The notes: generated from the sequence alone by a model not told the origin. A stretch of DNA of 64,000 nucleotides from Gemmatimonadota bacterium (GCA_020348925.1 CP070758.1:3177688-3241687); one strand, 5' to 3'; shown: positions 39,698-50,195, counted from the stretch's first letter. Numbers and translations are program-made.

Positions 39698-39880
39698 TTG
39701 GCACTACCTAAGAAGAAAACATCGAAATCTCGTAGGGATAAAAGACGGGCACACTGGAAGTTAACATCTCCGGCTCTGGCGCTATGTCCGCAGTGCAACC
39801 ACCCGAAGTTGCCCCACCGGGTGTGTCCGAGTTGCGGCTCATACAGAGGTAGAAAGGTCATCGTGCCTCGCGAAGTTTAG
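39698..39880 (+). CDS. rpmF: 50S ribosomal protein L32 (Zn-ribbon type)
   Basis: [17 protein letters not shown]...CPQC...[11 protein letters not shown]. Confidence 0.97.
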   Translation: MALPKKKTSKSRRDKRRAHWKLTSPALALCPQCNHPKLPHRVCPSCGSYRGRKVIVPREV

Positions 39881-39921
39881 TAGGATCTTTTCGAACGCAA
39901 TCTACATTAGAGGACGACTGT

Positions 39922-40965
39922 ATGAAAATTGCTGTTGATGCTATGGGTGGAGATCATGCCCCGGATGCCATCATCAAGGGCGCTATTGAAGCGGCAAAAC
40001 TGTTCAATGGCAATGTAGAAATTGCTCTCGTGGGGAATGGGCCGCTCTTGAGGGAGAAACTCTCCCATATTACCTATCGATACAGACCACAATCTGTGAG
40101 CATCGTCGAAGCCGCTGAGACGATTGAGATGGGTGAATCGCCGGTAGCCGCACTTCGAAAAAAGAGGAACTCCTCCCTTGTTGTGGCGATGGATTTACTG
40201 AAGACGGGCCAAGCCCAGGCTGTCGTCAGCGCTGGAAACACAGGTGCCGTCATGGCGAGTGCGCTCTTTACGACAGGACGGTTGGAAGGTGTGCATCGGC
40301 CGGCTATTGTCTCTGTGCTCCCGAATCAGAAAGGAATAACCCTGTTGATTGACGTGGGGGCGAATACAGATTGTAAACCCATCAATCTTCTTCAGTTCGG
40401 TATTATGGGAAGTCTCTATTATCGCCATATTTTTCGTTGCCCCAATCCAAGAGTCGGACTGCTCAACATTGGCGAGGAACGAACCAAGGGAAATGACCTG
40501 ACCCTCGAAGCGTATCGTCTGCTATCGGAGAGTCAACTCAATTTCGTTGGTAATGTGGAAGGCCAAGATATTCTCAGCGGCGCAGCTGATGTCATTGTCT
40601 GCGATGGATTTCTCGGAAACGTCATTCTAAAATTCGCTGAGAGCATCGTCGGACTTGTCTCTTCAACAATCAAGGATAAAGTGGCCTCAAATGTGCGTTC
40701 AAAGCTGGGTGCATTTCTTCTGGCCCCGGCATTCGTGAAGTTTAAACGAAAACTTGATTACGAGGAGTACGGAGGAGCACCTCTTCTTGGTATTGATGGC
40801 GTGTGCGTCATTTGCCATGGGAGCTCTTCTCCCAAAGCAATTAAAAATGCCATAATTTTAGCCTTACGGATTGTCAATTCAGGAGTTAATAATCAGATCA
40901 AATACCAACTCCAAGCGATGAATACCGCGGTTCCAGTCACGGAAAACCACAGAGTCCGCGTGTGA
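39922..40965 (+). CDS. plsX: Phosphate acyltransferase
   Basis: IAVDAMGGDHAP, SAGNTGA, LLNIGEE and CDGFLGN motifs. Confidence 0.97.
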   Translation: MKIAVDAMGGDHAPDAIIKGAIEAAKLFNGNVEIALVGNGPLLREKLSHITYRYRPQSVSIVEAAETIEMGESPVAALRKKRNSSLVVAMDLLKTGQAQAVVSAGNTGAVMASALFTTGRLEGVHRPAIVSVLPNQKGITLLIDVGANTDCKPINLLQFGIMGSLYYRHIFRCPNPRVGLLNIGEERTKGNDLTLEAYRLLSESQLNFVGNVEGQDILSGAADVIVCDGFLGNVILKFAESIVGLVSSTIKDKVASNVRSKLGAFLLAPAFVKFKRKLDYEEYGGAPLLGIDGVCVICHGSSSPKAIKNAIILALRIVNSGVNNQIKYQLQAMNTAVPVTENHRVRV

Positions 40966-41078
40966 AGAACAGAACAATCGTATGACACCAGGCAATCGCC
41001 CATCTTGATTCGAGGAAAAGTGTGGCTTTAAAGAACAGAAACGCACAGCGTAGGGCATTCATTTCAAAATAGAGCACC

Positions 41079-42023
41079 ATGAAACGAATCGGATTTCTCT
41101 TCCCTGGACAGGGATCACAATATGTCGGCATGGGAAAGGACCTGCATGAAGCTTTTCCAATGATCCGAGAACTCTATAATAAGGCAAATGAAATTCTTGG
41201 ATGTGATCTCGCGAAACTTTCCTTCGAGGGCCCCGAGGAGAAACTGCGTCAAACGCAATACACCCAGCCGTTAATCCTCGTCCATAGCCTGTGTGTCCTG
41301 TCGATTCTCGAAAGAGAAGGCTTCGAAGCCACGGCTGCTGCCGGCCATAGCTTGGGCGAGTATACGGCTCTGAAAGCGGCCGGTGCCCTCAGCTCCGAGG
41401 ATGTTATTGATCTCGTGAAAAAGCGCGGGGAATACATGCAGCAGGCGGGTGAAGAACAGCCCGGCACCATGGCGGCCATCATCGGGCTTTCTCGAGATAT
41501 CGTTGAAAGGATCTGTCAGGAGGCCGGTTCGGCGGGTCCGATTCAACCCGCCAATTTCAATTCTCCCGAACAGATCGCCGTCTCAGGGGCAAGAACCGCT
41601 GTCCACCGAGCCATCGACATGGCCAAAGCGATGGGGGCAACAAAAGCGGTCGAACTCTCCGTAGGGGGCGCTTTTCATTCAACTTTGATGGGAAGTGCCG
41701 CACAACGCATGGAGATCGCCCTGAAAACCGTTCACATCTCAACTGCCCGAATCCCGGTCATTTCAAACTTTTCGGCCGAACCTGTGAAAGACCCGGAGGT
41801 CATTCGGACCTCCCTGGCGAAACAGATCGTCAATCCCGTTCTCTGGGATGATTCGATAAATAGGATGCGACAATTGGACATCGATCACTATCTCGAAATT
41901 GGACCGGGTAAGGTCTTGCGTGGTCTGATGCGCAGAATCAACAGGGAAGCGGAGATACTCAGTCTCGGAGACGTGCCCGGCATTGAAAGTTTCTTAAAGG
42001 AATCGAAGACATGGGATATCTGA
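41079..42023 (+). CDS. fabD: Malonyl-CoA:ACP transacylase
   Basis: FPGQGSQ, GHSLGEY and GAFHS motifs. Confidence 0.97.
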   Translation: MKRIGFLFPGQGSQYVGMGKDLHEAFPMIRELYNKANEILGCDLAKLSFEGPEEKLRQTQYTQPLILVHSLCVLSILEREGFEATAAAGHSLGEYTALKAAGALSSEDVIDLVKKRGEYMQQAGEEQPGTMAAIIGLSRDIVERICQEAGSAGPIQPANFNSPEQIAVSGARTAVHRAIDMAKAMGATKAVELSVGGAFHSTLMGSAAQRMEIALKTVHISTARIPVISNFSAEPVKDPEVIRTSLAKQIVNPVLWDDSINRMRQLDIDHYLEIGPGKVLRGLMRRINREAEILSLGDVPGIESFLKESKTWDI

Positions 42024-42757
42024 GCGATCAAGGCGCAATCGTCACCGGAGCAGCTCAAGGAATAGGACAGGCTATTGCCTTCAAACTTTCGGAACAAGGA
42101 GCACATGTCGTCGTCGCTGATCTGAACATTGGTGCGGCACACAGGACGGCTGCGGACATAGAAGCAAAAGGCGGAAAGGCCGTTGCTCTCGAAGTGAATG
42201 TGGCGCACCCCGAAAGCGTTACCTCCATGGTGGAGACAAGTACCCGCGTACTACCCGGCATCGATATACTGGTCAATAATGCCGGTATTACGAGGGATAA
42301 TTTGCTCGTAAGACTTGGGGATGATGATTGGGATTCTGTCCTCGACGTCAACCTGAAAGGGGTTTTCTTTTGTACGAGGGCTGTGGCCAAAGTGATGATG
42401 AAACAGCGCAGGGGACGCATTGTGAACATTTCATCTGTGGTTGGTCTCATCGGGAATCCTGGCCAGGCCAATTACGCGGCATCAAAAGCCGGAATTCTCG
42501 GTCTCACCAAGACGACGGCCCGAGAACTCGCTCCGCGCGGTATTACTGTCAACGCAGTAGCTCCTGGCTTCATCGAAACAGAAATGACACAATCTCTTCC
42601 CGAAAAAGCGGTAGAGGCTTTTCTCAATTCCATCCCCCTCGGACGGCCCGGACTGCCCGAGGATGTTGCCAAGGCGGTTGCGTTCTTGGCCTCTGAAGAT
42701 GCATCGTATATTACAGGTCAGGTCATACATGTCGACGGTGGGATGGTCATGACCTGA
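42011..42757 (+). CDS. fabG: 3-oxoacyl-ACP reductase
   Basis: TGAAQGIG, NNAGITRD and NYAASKAG motifs. Confidence 0.96.
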   Translation: MGYLSDQGAIVTGAAQGIGQAIAFKLSEQGAHVVVADLNIGAAHRTAADIEAKGGKAVALEVNVAHPESVTSMVETSTRVLPGIDILVNNAGITRDNLLVRLGDDDWDSVLDVNLKGVFFCTRAVAKVMMKQRRGRIVNISSVVGLIGNPGQANYAASKAGILGLTKTTARELAPRGITVNAVAPGFIETEMTQSLPEKAVEAFLNSIPLGRPGLPEDVAKAVAFLASEDASYITGQVIHVDGGMVMT

Positions 42758-42852
42758 CCCGTATTTTTTGAACGTTCAAAATTGAAAGAGAAACAACATA
42801 ATACGTTACTCGCACGAAATAACGACGGAACGGAAAAAAGGAGGTGATTTTT

Positions 42853-43092
42853 ATGGCATTGGAGGATAGAGTGAGAGATCTTATCGTTGATCAGCTGGGC
42901 GTGAGCCCGGATGAGGTGACGAGAGAGGCTTCGTTCATCGACGATTTGGGTGCCGATTCCCTCGATACGGTGGAGCTGATCATGGCTTTCGAAGAGGAGT
43001 TTGGTATCGAAATTCCTGACGAGGATGCGGAGAAGATGAGTACTGTTGGCGATGCCATTGAGTACTTGGAGAAACACGTCCAGGAGGAATAA
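42853..43092 (+). CDS. acpP: Acyl carrier protein
   Basis: [21 protein letters not shown]. Confidence 0.98.
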   Translation: MALEDRVRDLIVDQLGVSPDEVTREASFIDDLGADSLDTVELIMAFEEEFGIEIPDEDAEKMSTVGDAIEYLEKHVQEE

Positions 43093-43122
43093 TGCCTTTT
43101 TCCCCAGAGGAGTGTGCGTCTT

Positions 43123-44364
43123 ATGGAAAACAGAGTCGTGGTCACAGGTTTGGGAGTTGTTACACCGGTTGGGAATACCGTCGATGACTTCTGGAAGTCA
43201 TTGCAGCAGGGAAGAGGAGGGATCGGAAGAATCTCTCGCTTCGATGCCTCCGATATTGCCAACCAGATCGCTGCTGAAGTGAAGGGATTCGATCCGAGTC
43301 AGTCCATTGGTCCCAAAGAATTGCGCCGCATGGATCTGTATACTCAGTACGCGGTGGTGTCCACTCAAGAGGCCGTGGCCGACGCCAACCTTGATATGCA
43401 GCAAGAGGATCCGAACAGAATTGGCGTTGTGGTGGGTTCAGGTATCGGGGGGATAGGTACATGGGAACGTCAGCACAAGATTTTATTGGAGAAGGGACCA
43501 AGTCGCATGAGCCCCCTCCTTGTACCCATGATGATATCGGACATTGCAGCAGGACATATCTCCATGATTTTTGGGATGAAGGGACCGAACTACGCCACCG
43601 TATCAGCTTGTGCCACCAGTGCCCATGCCATAACTGATGCTTGCCGCATTTTACAGCGGGGTGATGCCGACGTCATGATCGCCGGTGGATCAGAAGCACC
43701 GGTCACGCCCCTGGCCGTGGGTGGCTTCGCTTCCATGAAAGCAACGTCCACTCGTAACGATGAGCCAGAAAAGGCGAGCAGACCGTTCGATGCTCAACGT
43801 GACGGTTTTATTCTTGGGGAAGGGGCAGGCGTAGTGGTTCTGGAAACACTCGACCACGCCAAGACTCGCGGCGCTCCTATATACTGCGAACTGGTTGGTT
43901 GTGGGATGACGGCCGATGCATACCACCTTACGGCACCCGCCCCGGGAGGAGAAGGAGCTGTCCGATCGATGAATATCGCCTTACAGGATGGTGGATTGGA
44001 ACCAAGGGATATCGATTACATCAACGCTCACGGCACATCAACACCATTGAACGACAAGTTCGAGACGATGGCCATTAAAACTGTTTTCGGGGATCACGCC
44101 CACGCGTTGAAAATCAGTTCCAATAAATCTATGGTCGGACATCTTTTGGGCGCCGCTGGTGTAGTCGAATGCATTGCTACCATCCTTACTATCAAACACT
44201 CCTTTATTCCACCGACGATCAATTACGAACATCCCGATCCCGAATGCGATCTCGATTATACTCCGAATGAGGGCGTAGAGTACACTGTTCGCGCTGCCTT
44301 GTCCAACTCCTTCGGATTTGGTGGCCATAATGTCACTTTGGCGTTACAATCTTTCGCCGAATGA
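43123..44364 (+). CDS. fabF: Beta-ketoacyl-ACP synthase II
   Basis: RVVVTGLG, SACATS, NAHGTST, GHLLGAAG and NSFGFGG motifs. Confidence 0.97.
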   Translation: MENRVVVTGLGVVTPVGNTVDDFWKSLQQGRGGIGRISRFDASDIANQIAAEVKGFDPSQSIGPKELRRMDLYTQYAVVSTQEAVADANLDMQQEDPNRIGVVVGSGIGGIGTWERQHKILLEKGPSRMSPLLVPMMISDIAAGHISMIFGMKGPNYATVSACATSAHAITDACRILQRGDADVMIAGGSEAPVTPLAVGGFASMKATSTRNDEPEKASRPFDAQRDGFILGEGAGVVVLETLDHAKTRGAPIYCELVGCGMTADAYHLTAPAPGGEGAVRSMNIALQDGGLEPRDIDYINAHGTSTPLNDKFETMAIKTVFGDHAHALKISSNKSMVGHLLGAAGVVECIATILTIKHSFIPPTINYEHPDPECDLDYTPNEGVEYTVRAALSNSFGFGGHNVTLALQSFAE

Positions 44365-44392
44365 ACAGCAGTAGCCATTCAGAACATCGAGA

Positions 44393-44442
44393 GGAACGAG
44401 AGGAAAGAGTATCAGACAGAACTCTCCCTCTCGTTTTCTTTT
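44393..44442 (+). promoter_or_regulatory. Long stem-loop with U-tract directly before rnc (terminator or RNase III site)
   Basis: GGAACGAGAGG-AA-AGAGT pairs with ACTCT-C-CCTCTCGTTTT (about 16 bp) and is followed by CTTTT. Confidence 0.6.
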
Positions 44443-44445
44443 AAA

Positions 44446-45207
44446 ATGAAGTTACTTAATTCCATTTTGCACAAACGGTTCGGTCGTTCCCTCCCAAAAT
44501 CGGACATACAGTCACATCTGAAAGATCTTCAAAAAGAAATTGGATATGTCTTTCGAGATTCCTCCCTGTTAACTATGGCCCTCGTCCACAGATCGTATAC
44601 CCACATGAACGGTCACAGTACAATTCCGTCGAATGAGAGATTGGAATTTTTGGGTGATTCTGTGCTCAATATCGTTGTCACCGAGCACCTCTATCACACT
44701 TTCCCCGAAAAACAGGAGGGTGATCTTACACAGATCAAATCCCGTATCGTGAGTAAAAATGTCATTGCCGAAAAAGCAAAACAGTTGCGGTTAGGGCATT
44801 ATCTCCTGTTAGGTCCGGGGGAGGAACAATCCGGCGGACGATCTCGCGCCTCACTTCTTGCGGATGGATTTGAAGCTTTATTAGGGGCCATGTTTCTCGA
44901 CGGTGGTAAGAAGGCGGTTCAATCCTTTCTGAAGAAACATCTCTTTCACGATTTGAATAGTATCATCTCAGCCGAGGAGCACACCAATTACAAGAGCCTC
45001 CTTTTGGAGCATTATCAAGGCGTGGGAAGCGGTCAGCCCGTGTACAAAATAATTCAAGAGGCAGGTCCTGATCATGAAAAGGAGTTCACAGTCGTTGTCG
45101 AGGCTGAGGGTACGGTTCGAGGGACAGGGGTGGGCAGAAACAAAAGGGAAGCCGAACAAAAAGCTGCGAAGGAGGCACTGGAAAAGATTGGGGAGATCAT
45201 GAAGTAA
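44446..45207 (+). CDS. rnc: Ribonuclease III
   Basis: NERLEFLGDSVL, ADGFEALLGA and a dsRBD (GPDHEKEF...KREAEQKAA). Confidence 0.97.
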   Translation: MKLLNSILHKRFGRSLPKSDIQSHLKDLQKEIGYVFRDSSLLTMALVHRSYTHMNGHSTIPSNERLEFLGDSVLNIVVTEHLYHTFPEKQEGDLTQIKSRIVSKNVIAEKAKQLRLGHYLLLGPGEEQSGGRSRASLLADGFEALLGAMFLDGGKKAVQSFLKKHLFHDLNSIISAEEHTNYKSLLLEHYQGVGSGQPVYKIIQEAGPDHEKEFTVVVEAEGTVRGTGVGRNKREAEQKAAKEALEKIGEIMK

Positions 45208-45460
45208 GCGATTACCGTCTCAAGACGGGAATTTTGTTGCCGGGCCGTAAGCCCGATCGAGCTCAACATTCGAAGTACGAAATCCAAAATCCGAACCGAA
45301 CGTTCAAAATAGAAAAACTCGAATGAACAACTTTGAAGTGCTGAGCGAAGGTATACTGTTTTGAAAAATTACTTATTTTGAGATTCGAATTTCGAGCTTC
45401 TTACACTCAAGTTGACACTCCAAACCTACTTTCTTCACCCATTCCTCGAAAGGAATCATC

Positions 45461-46264
45461 ATGGTTCGAAAGTGGCACTTCCTCAACACCGGACCTTCCC
45501 GGGGATGTTACAACATGGCAGTCGATGAAACGCTCCTGGGGATGGTTCTGTCTGGTCACAGGCCCACGACGGTTCGAGTGTATGGATGGAGACCGCGTGC
45601 TATTTCCGTCGGTTACGGGCAGCCTGTCCTGAAGGACATCGATATCGAAAAATGCGTTCGTGAAGGAGTAGATATCGTCCGACGGCTCACAGGCGGTAGA
45701 GCTGTGCTCCACGATGAGGAAGTGACATATTCAGTCGTTGCTCCTGAGAATGGCCCAGGCATAGGCGGTACCATAACTGAGACCTACCGTCGTATCGGAT
45801 TGGCCCTCATCTGCGGGTTGAAGCACGTAGGGTTGGAAGCAAACCTGCATCGTGCGACCTCGATCGGCAGGCACAATCCTTCCTGCTTTTCCAGTGCAGG
45901 ACGATACGAGATCGTATACCGGGGCAAGAAGTTGATCGGAAGCGCTCAACGCCGTCTCGACGGCGTCATTCTTCAACACGGCTCGCTCCTTACCGGATCA
46001 GGCTACAGGGACCTCGCGAGGTTCCTCCGCTCGGACGGCCCCCCGACGCCAGTCGGCACATCCATGGGTCAGGTCACGACCCTATCGGAGGTCCTCGGCG
46101 ACAAGCCGCAGTTCGATACCATCTGCGATGCACTGCGCAGGGGCTTTGAAGAAGCCTTCGGCTGTCGGTTGATTGAGCATAATCTGTCTGATGAGGAACA
46201 GGCATTGGTTGAAAAGTTGCGTCTCGAACGCTACGATAAAGATGACTGGAACCTCCGCCGCTAA
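45461..46264 (+). CDS. Lipoate-protein ligase family protein (LipM/LplA-like)
   Basis: NMAVDE, VRRLTGGRAVLH, KKLIGSAQRR and LQHGS motifs. Confidence 0.92.
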   Translation: MVRKWHFLNTGPSRGCYNMAVDETLLGMVLSGHRPTTVRVYGWRPRAISVGYGQPVLKDIDIEKCVREGVDIVRRLTGGRAVLHDEEVTYSVVAPENGPGIGGTITETYRRIGLALICGLKHVGLEANLHRATSIGRHNPSCFSSAGRYEIVYRGKKLIGSAQRRLDGVILQHGSLLTGSGYRDLARFLRSDGPPTPVGTSMGQVTTLSEVLGDKPQFDTICDALRRGFEEAFGCRLIEHNLSDEEQALVEKLRLERYDKDDWNLRR

Positions 46265-46694
46265 AAATCCCATCTTGAATAGAAATGTATACCAACAAAA
46301 CATACTGTTGTGAGAAGACTGCCGATCGCCTCACAGGGGCCCGCATCTTCTTCAAGCCGACTCTTCTGTGCGAAGTATCATCCTGCCCCACCTGCACACT
46401 GTTGTGCAGCAAATTTTCGCTTCGGATCGGCCACGGCTGCCCTCCTTCCGGACGCTTCCAATAGTCATCATTTCTGAGAACAACCATAAAGATCCTTTTC
46501 CCTCAGCTTGTCCCATTTTTTGCTGAAGCGGAATAAACCTTGATCAACATGTCAGGTCGCCCCCGATGTTCGGAAAGCATGGTGGCTGACACCAGACTGT
46601 TCCGGCCGTGATGACACTCTCTCTCCAGATCTGGGTCCGATGGGAGACACGGCAGCCTGCCGGTGATTTCGTCTATCCGCGGAGGTCAACCCTC

Positions 46695-46729
46695 AAAAAA
46701 AACGGGGTGTCCCTTTATGAGACACCCCG
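46695..46729 (-). terminator. Intrinsic terminator of the 46779 gene
   Basis: Minus strand CGGGGTGTC-tcataaagg-GACACCCCG followed by T8. Confidence 0.85.
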
Positions 46730-46778
46730 GAGAAGAGGTGACTGGCCGTGTTCCATCTTTCCTACGATAAGCCGCCCT

Positions 46779-49700
46779 CTACCTCAAAAGCGTCATCCGT
46801 CTTGATTGTACCTGTGTACCCGTCCTGAGCTGTGCAATATAAATGCCGGAGCTGAGCCGTCTGCCGAACCAATCCGTACCATTCCAAAAGATATTGTAGT
46901 TACCCACATCTTTTCGTTCATCAACAAGGCTTGCGACTTCCTGACCGAGTATATTGTATACTTTTATCGTAACCCACCCACTCCTTGCTACGGTGAAGAC
47001 TAAGTTCGTTTCTGGATTAAAGGGATTGGGATAGTCCTGAAACAAAGAGAACTCTTGAGGCTTGACTCCGAGCTTCAACTCATTGCGACCGATCTCAATA
47101 GGCAGGGAAACTCCGTCCGCACTTACGGCAAGAGCCTCAGTGATGTGAAGCTGCTCTCCTTCTCTCAGTTTCTCGTGAGCAAGAAATTCAAGGATCACCA
47201 TTGGACCCGTTCCCGAGGAAATACACTCACCGTCAAGACTATAGAGCAATACGGTGGCTTCTTCTCGGCCAAAGGCACTGGCCAATGTCATTTTTTCACC
47301 TCGTCCTGCATTCCGGATCGAGCGAATATCGACATGGCTCTCGAAGCCAATTTTCATCTGGAATCCGGAGAGGGGTATGATACTCGTATATTCAATCGGT
47401 ACGGTAAAGGTATTGCTCTCACTCTTTTCAACGGCGCCGACCTCAATGAGAGAGGGTGTGCATCCCATCTTGGCACCGGTTCCTCCCTGGTCGAGAATAT
47501 TCGCAATGAGGTAGGTAACATCCAAAATATCGACGTCGCCATCTTTATTACAATCCGCTGCACACAGCTCGTAACCCTGTGGTATATGAATATCCAGGAT
47601 GATATTGACAATGATAACTGCATCCAAGACGTCGATACTCCCGTCCAGATTCAGATCCCCGGAGGATGCTATTGCGGCCGTACCATTCTGGGTATTGATT
47701 GGAAGGGCAATCCCCAACCCATCCTGAAGTTCTGCGATATGAAAGTGAAGGGAACTCTGATCACCCCCTGAAGCCATGGTGTTCATGATCATTAAAATCT
47801 CGGCAATGGAACCTTCACCTCTGGGTAAGCTCTCACCGTTTCCGTCGTTAACACGTATCACAATCTGGCCGTCTCGAGGTTTTGACCATTGAAAACTGCT
47901 CATTCCCGAACTTCGCGACGTGGGAGCAACATCCACGACATTCACGACCGTCGGATTATAAGATAATTCCGTGTATATGTGACATATCGTTTTCCCGTTG
48001 CTGTTGAGATCCATGTGCGCTCCGACCAAACCACCGGGCTCACCGCAGCAGTTGGGAAGTGCAAGCACAGCAGGCTGCGAATCAACGCCTGTGCCTTCAA
48101 CAGTAGAGATTACTATTTCCTCATCAGGATCGTTGCTCCAGATTGAAATCGTGCACGACTCAAACCCCAGCTCCGAAGGACAATAGGTCACTTCTATGAT
48201 TCTGCACCCCATTGGAGGAATTTCAAAGGGTACGACTGGAGTTTGGATGTCAAAATCAGTGCAATTTGAAAGTATCGAGCTTACGTTCAAAGGTGCAGTT
48301 CCGCTGTTGGACACACTCAATTGAACATCCTCGCATGACCCAACATGAACATCTCCGAAGTCATAGTCCTCGAATGAGATATCGATATCAGGAAGAGAAC
48401 CGTTCGCTCCGTATCCTGACAGAGATACCGTCACAAAATTCTCATCAGGATCATCGCTGCTGATGATCAGCACACCAGAGTGGTATCCTGTGGCTGATGG
48501 TGAGAAGGATACTGTCATGACAACACATTCCGAGGGATTTATCATCCACGGCAGAGCCGGTGAAGAAGCGCTGAACATCCCTATATCCAGATCTCTGCCA
48601 GACACAGTCAAGAGTGCATCACCCACATTGCACACGGATATCTCAGCGTAACCAGTACTATTCATGGTAACATAACCGAAACTGTAACTGAGAGGACTAA
48701 CTTCAATTGCCGGTATTTGTAACGAAGCCCCCTGTCCGACTACTGTGACAGACTTGGCGGGCTCATCAGGATCATTGCTGCTCAAGGTGAAGGAACACGT
48801 ATATATCACATCCGAGACCGGACAACATTCAATGATCACATCGGCATACTCAGCCGAATCAAGATCAAGAGGAAAAGCGGGAGACGTAATCGTGTAACCC
48901 TGGCATCCCTGGCTGACAGGAGCCAAAGTCAATATTGCATTCCCAGTATTTCCAATTTGAAAAGTCCAGGAGACACAGTCGCCGACTGTGACCGATCCAA
49001 AATCATGATAGGTTTGTGAGACGTCAATATCAGGTTCCCCCTCAGAGTCGCAAGCATCGCCGATGCCATCCTGGTCTGAATCATTTTGATCCGGATTAAA
49101 CGTAAAGGAACAGTTGTCCGCATCTCCGCAGACACCATCACCGTCCATATCGTTTTGAGGATCAGCCGGACAGTTGTCACAGCCGTCAGGAATACCATCG
49201 CCATCAGCGTCCTGTAAATCGTCAAAACCGGGACAGATATCAAAACAATCTGCCACACCGTCCCAATCGCTGTCAGTGTCAGGCACACCGCAGCCACAAA
49301 TACCAGGATTATTCTTGTCGGGATCGACAGGACAGTTATCGTTGCAGTCCGGTGTCCCATCACTGTCACTATCAGTGTCGGCGACATCACAACCACAGAC
49401 TCCTAAATCTACCTTGTTCGGATCACTCGGACAATTATCATCACAATCCGGCGTCCCATCTCCATCGCTGTCAGTATCAACTACGCCACACCCACAGACT
49501 TCTGAATCTGTCTTCTCCGGATCAGCAGGGCAACCGTCGTTGCAATCGGGAACACCATCACCATCTGTGTCCGAATCAATCACACCACAACCACAAATAC
49601 CAGGGTCAACTTTTAGCGGATCGTTTGGACAATTATCGCAGGCATTACCGAACCCATCTCCGTCCGAATCGAGTTGAGCAGGATTTGGGATTGTTGGACA

Positions 49701-50195
49701 GTTATCATCAGGATCACAGATTCCATCACCATCGCTCTCGGGACAACCATCGCAAGCATCACCAATGCCATCAAAATCAGAATCTGTTTGACCCGGATTA
49801 AACGTAGAGGGACAATTGTCTCCATCACCACAAATACCATCATGGTCAACATCGTTCTGAGGATCGGCAGGACAACTGTCACAACCATCTGGAAAACCAT
49901 CGAAGTCCGCATCCTGCAAATCATCATGGTCTGGACAGATGTCAAAACAATCTGCCACACCATCCCCATCACTTTCGGTATCGGCGACACCGCAGCCGCA
50001 TACGCCAGGATCCGTTTTAGCCGCATCAGCCGGGCAGCCGTCATTGCAGTCCGGCGTTCCGTCCCCATCGCCGTCCGTGTCGACCACGCCACACCCACAC
50101 ACTCCCGGATCCGTTTTGTTAGGATCAGCCGGACACCCATCATTACAGTCCGGTGTCCCATCCCCATCACTTTCGGTATCGGCGACACCGCAGCC
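46779..50195 (-). CDS. Large T9SS-sorted protein: TSP3-like repeats, 3 Ig-like (choice-of-anchor D/ASH) domains, cohesin, dockerin, second cohesin-like domain, CTD (5' end lost in the gap)
   Basis: 33-aa DSDGDGTPDCNDGCPADP.KTDPGVCGCGV.DT repeats, three DFG.V...N.G.A.L...SNDPDE domains, cohesin-like LSYNPTVVNVVDV...GEGSIAEI, dockerin GDLNLDGSIDVLDAV...ADCNKDGDVDILDV, and CTD YPNPFNPET...YNILGQEV...SGIY. Confidence 0.88.
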   Translation of the reverse strand, partial: GCGVADTESDGDGTPDCNDGCPADPNKTDPGVCGCGVVDTDGDGDGTPDCNDGCPADAAKTDPGVCGCGVADTESDGDGVADCFDICPDHDDLQDADFDGFPDGCDSCPADPQNDVDHDGICGDGDNCPSTFNPGQTDSDFDGIGDACDGCPESDGDGICDPDDNCPTIPNPAQLDSDGDGFGNACDNCPNDPLKVDPGICGCGVIDSDTDGDGVPDCNDGCPADPEKTDSEVCGCGVVDTDSDGDGTPDCDDNCPSDPNKVDLGVCGCDVADTDSDSDGTPDCNDNCPVDPDKNNPGICGCGVPDTDSDWDGVADCFDICPGFDDLQDADGDGIPDGCDNCPADPQNDMDGDGVCGDADNCSFTFNPDQNDSDQDGIGDACDSEGEPDIDVSQTYHDFGSVTVGDCVSWTFQIGNTGNAILTLAPVSQGCQGYTITSPAFPLDLDSAEYADVIIECCPVSDVIYTCSFTLSSNDPDEPAKSVTVVGQGASLQIPAIEVSPLSYSFGYVTMNSTGYAEISVCNVGDALLTVSGRDLDIGMFSASSPALPWMINPSECVVMTVSFSPSATGYHSGVLIISSDDPDENFVTVSLSGYGANGSLPDIDISFEDYDFGDVHVGSCEDVQLSVSNSGTAPLNVSSILSNCTDFDIQTPVVPFEIPPMGCRIIEVTYCPSELGFESCTISIWSNDPDEEIVISTVEGTGVDSQPAVLALPNCCGEPGGLVGAHMDLNSNGKTICHIYTELSYNPTVVNVVDVAPTSRSSGMSSFQWSKPRDGQIVIRVNDGNGESLPRGEGSIAEILMIMNTMASGGDQSSLHFHIAELQDGLGIALPINTQNGTAAIASSGDLNLDGSIDVLDAVIIVNIILDIHIPQGYELCAADCNKDGDVDILDVTYLIANILDQGGTGAKMGCTPSLIEVGAVEKSESNTFTVPIEYTSIIPLSGFQMKIGFESHVDIRSIRNAGRGEKMTLASAFGREEATVLLYSLDGECISSGTGPMVILEFLAHEKLREGEQLHITEALAVSADGVSLPIEIGRNELKLGVKPQEFSLFQDYPNPFNPETNLVFTVARSGWVTIKVYNILGQEVASLVDERKDVGNYNIFWNGTDWFGRRLSSGIYIAQLRTGTQVQSRRMTLLR
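49040..50195 (-). repeat. Intragenic Asp/Cys-rich TSP3-like repeat array (99-bp units)
   Basis: An identical ~37-nt block ends at 49997 and at 50195 (198 bp, two units apart). The contig breaks inside the array. Confidence 0.85.

Noticed and set aside
45461-46264. sHdr-LbpA sulfur-oxidation system (Hdr plus lipoate ligase)
   Set aside because: The hdr genes are the HdrABC-MvhD type, no LbpA/TusA/DsrE genes are seen, and the ligase sits with the fatty-acid genes.
46300-46680. Possible gene remnant after the lipoate ligase
   Set aside because: Only short frames with no convincing motif or RBS.
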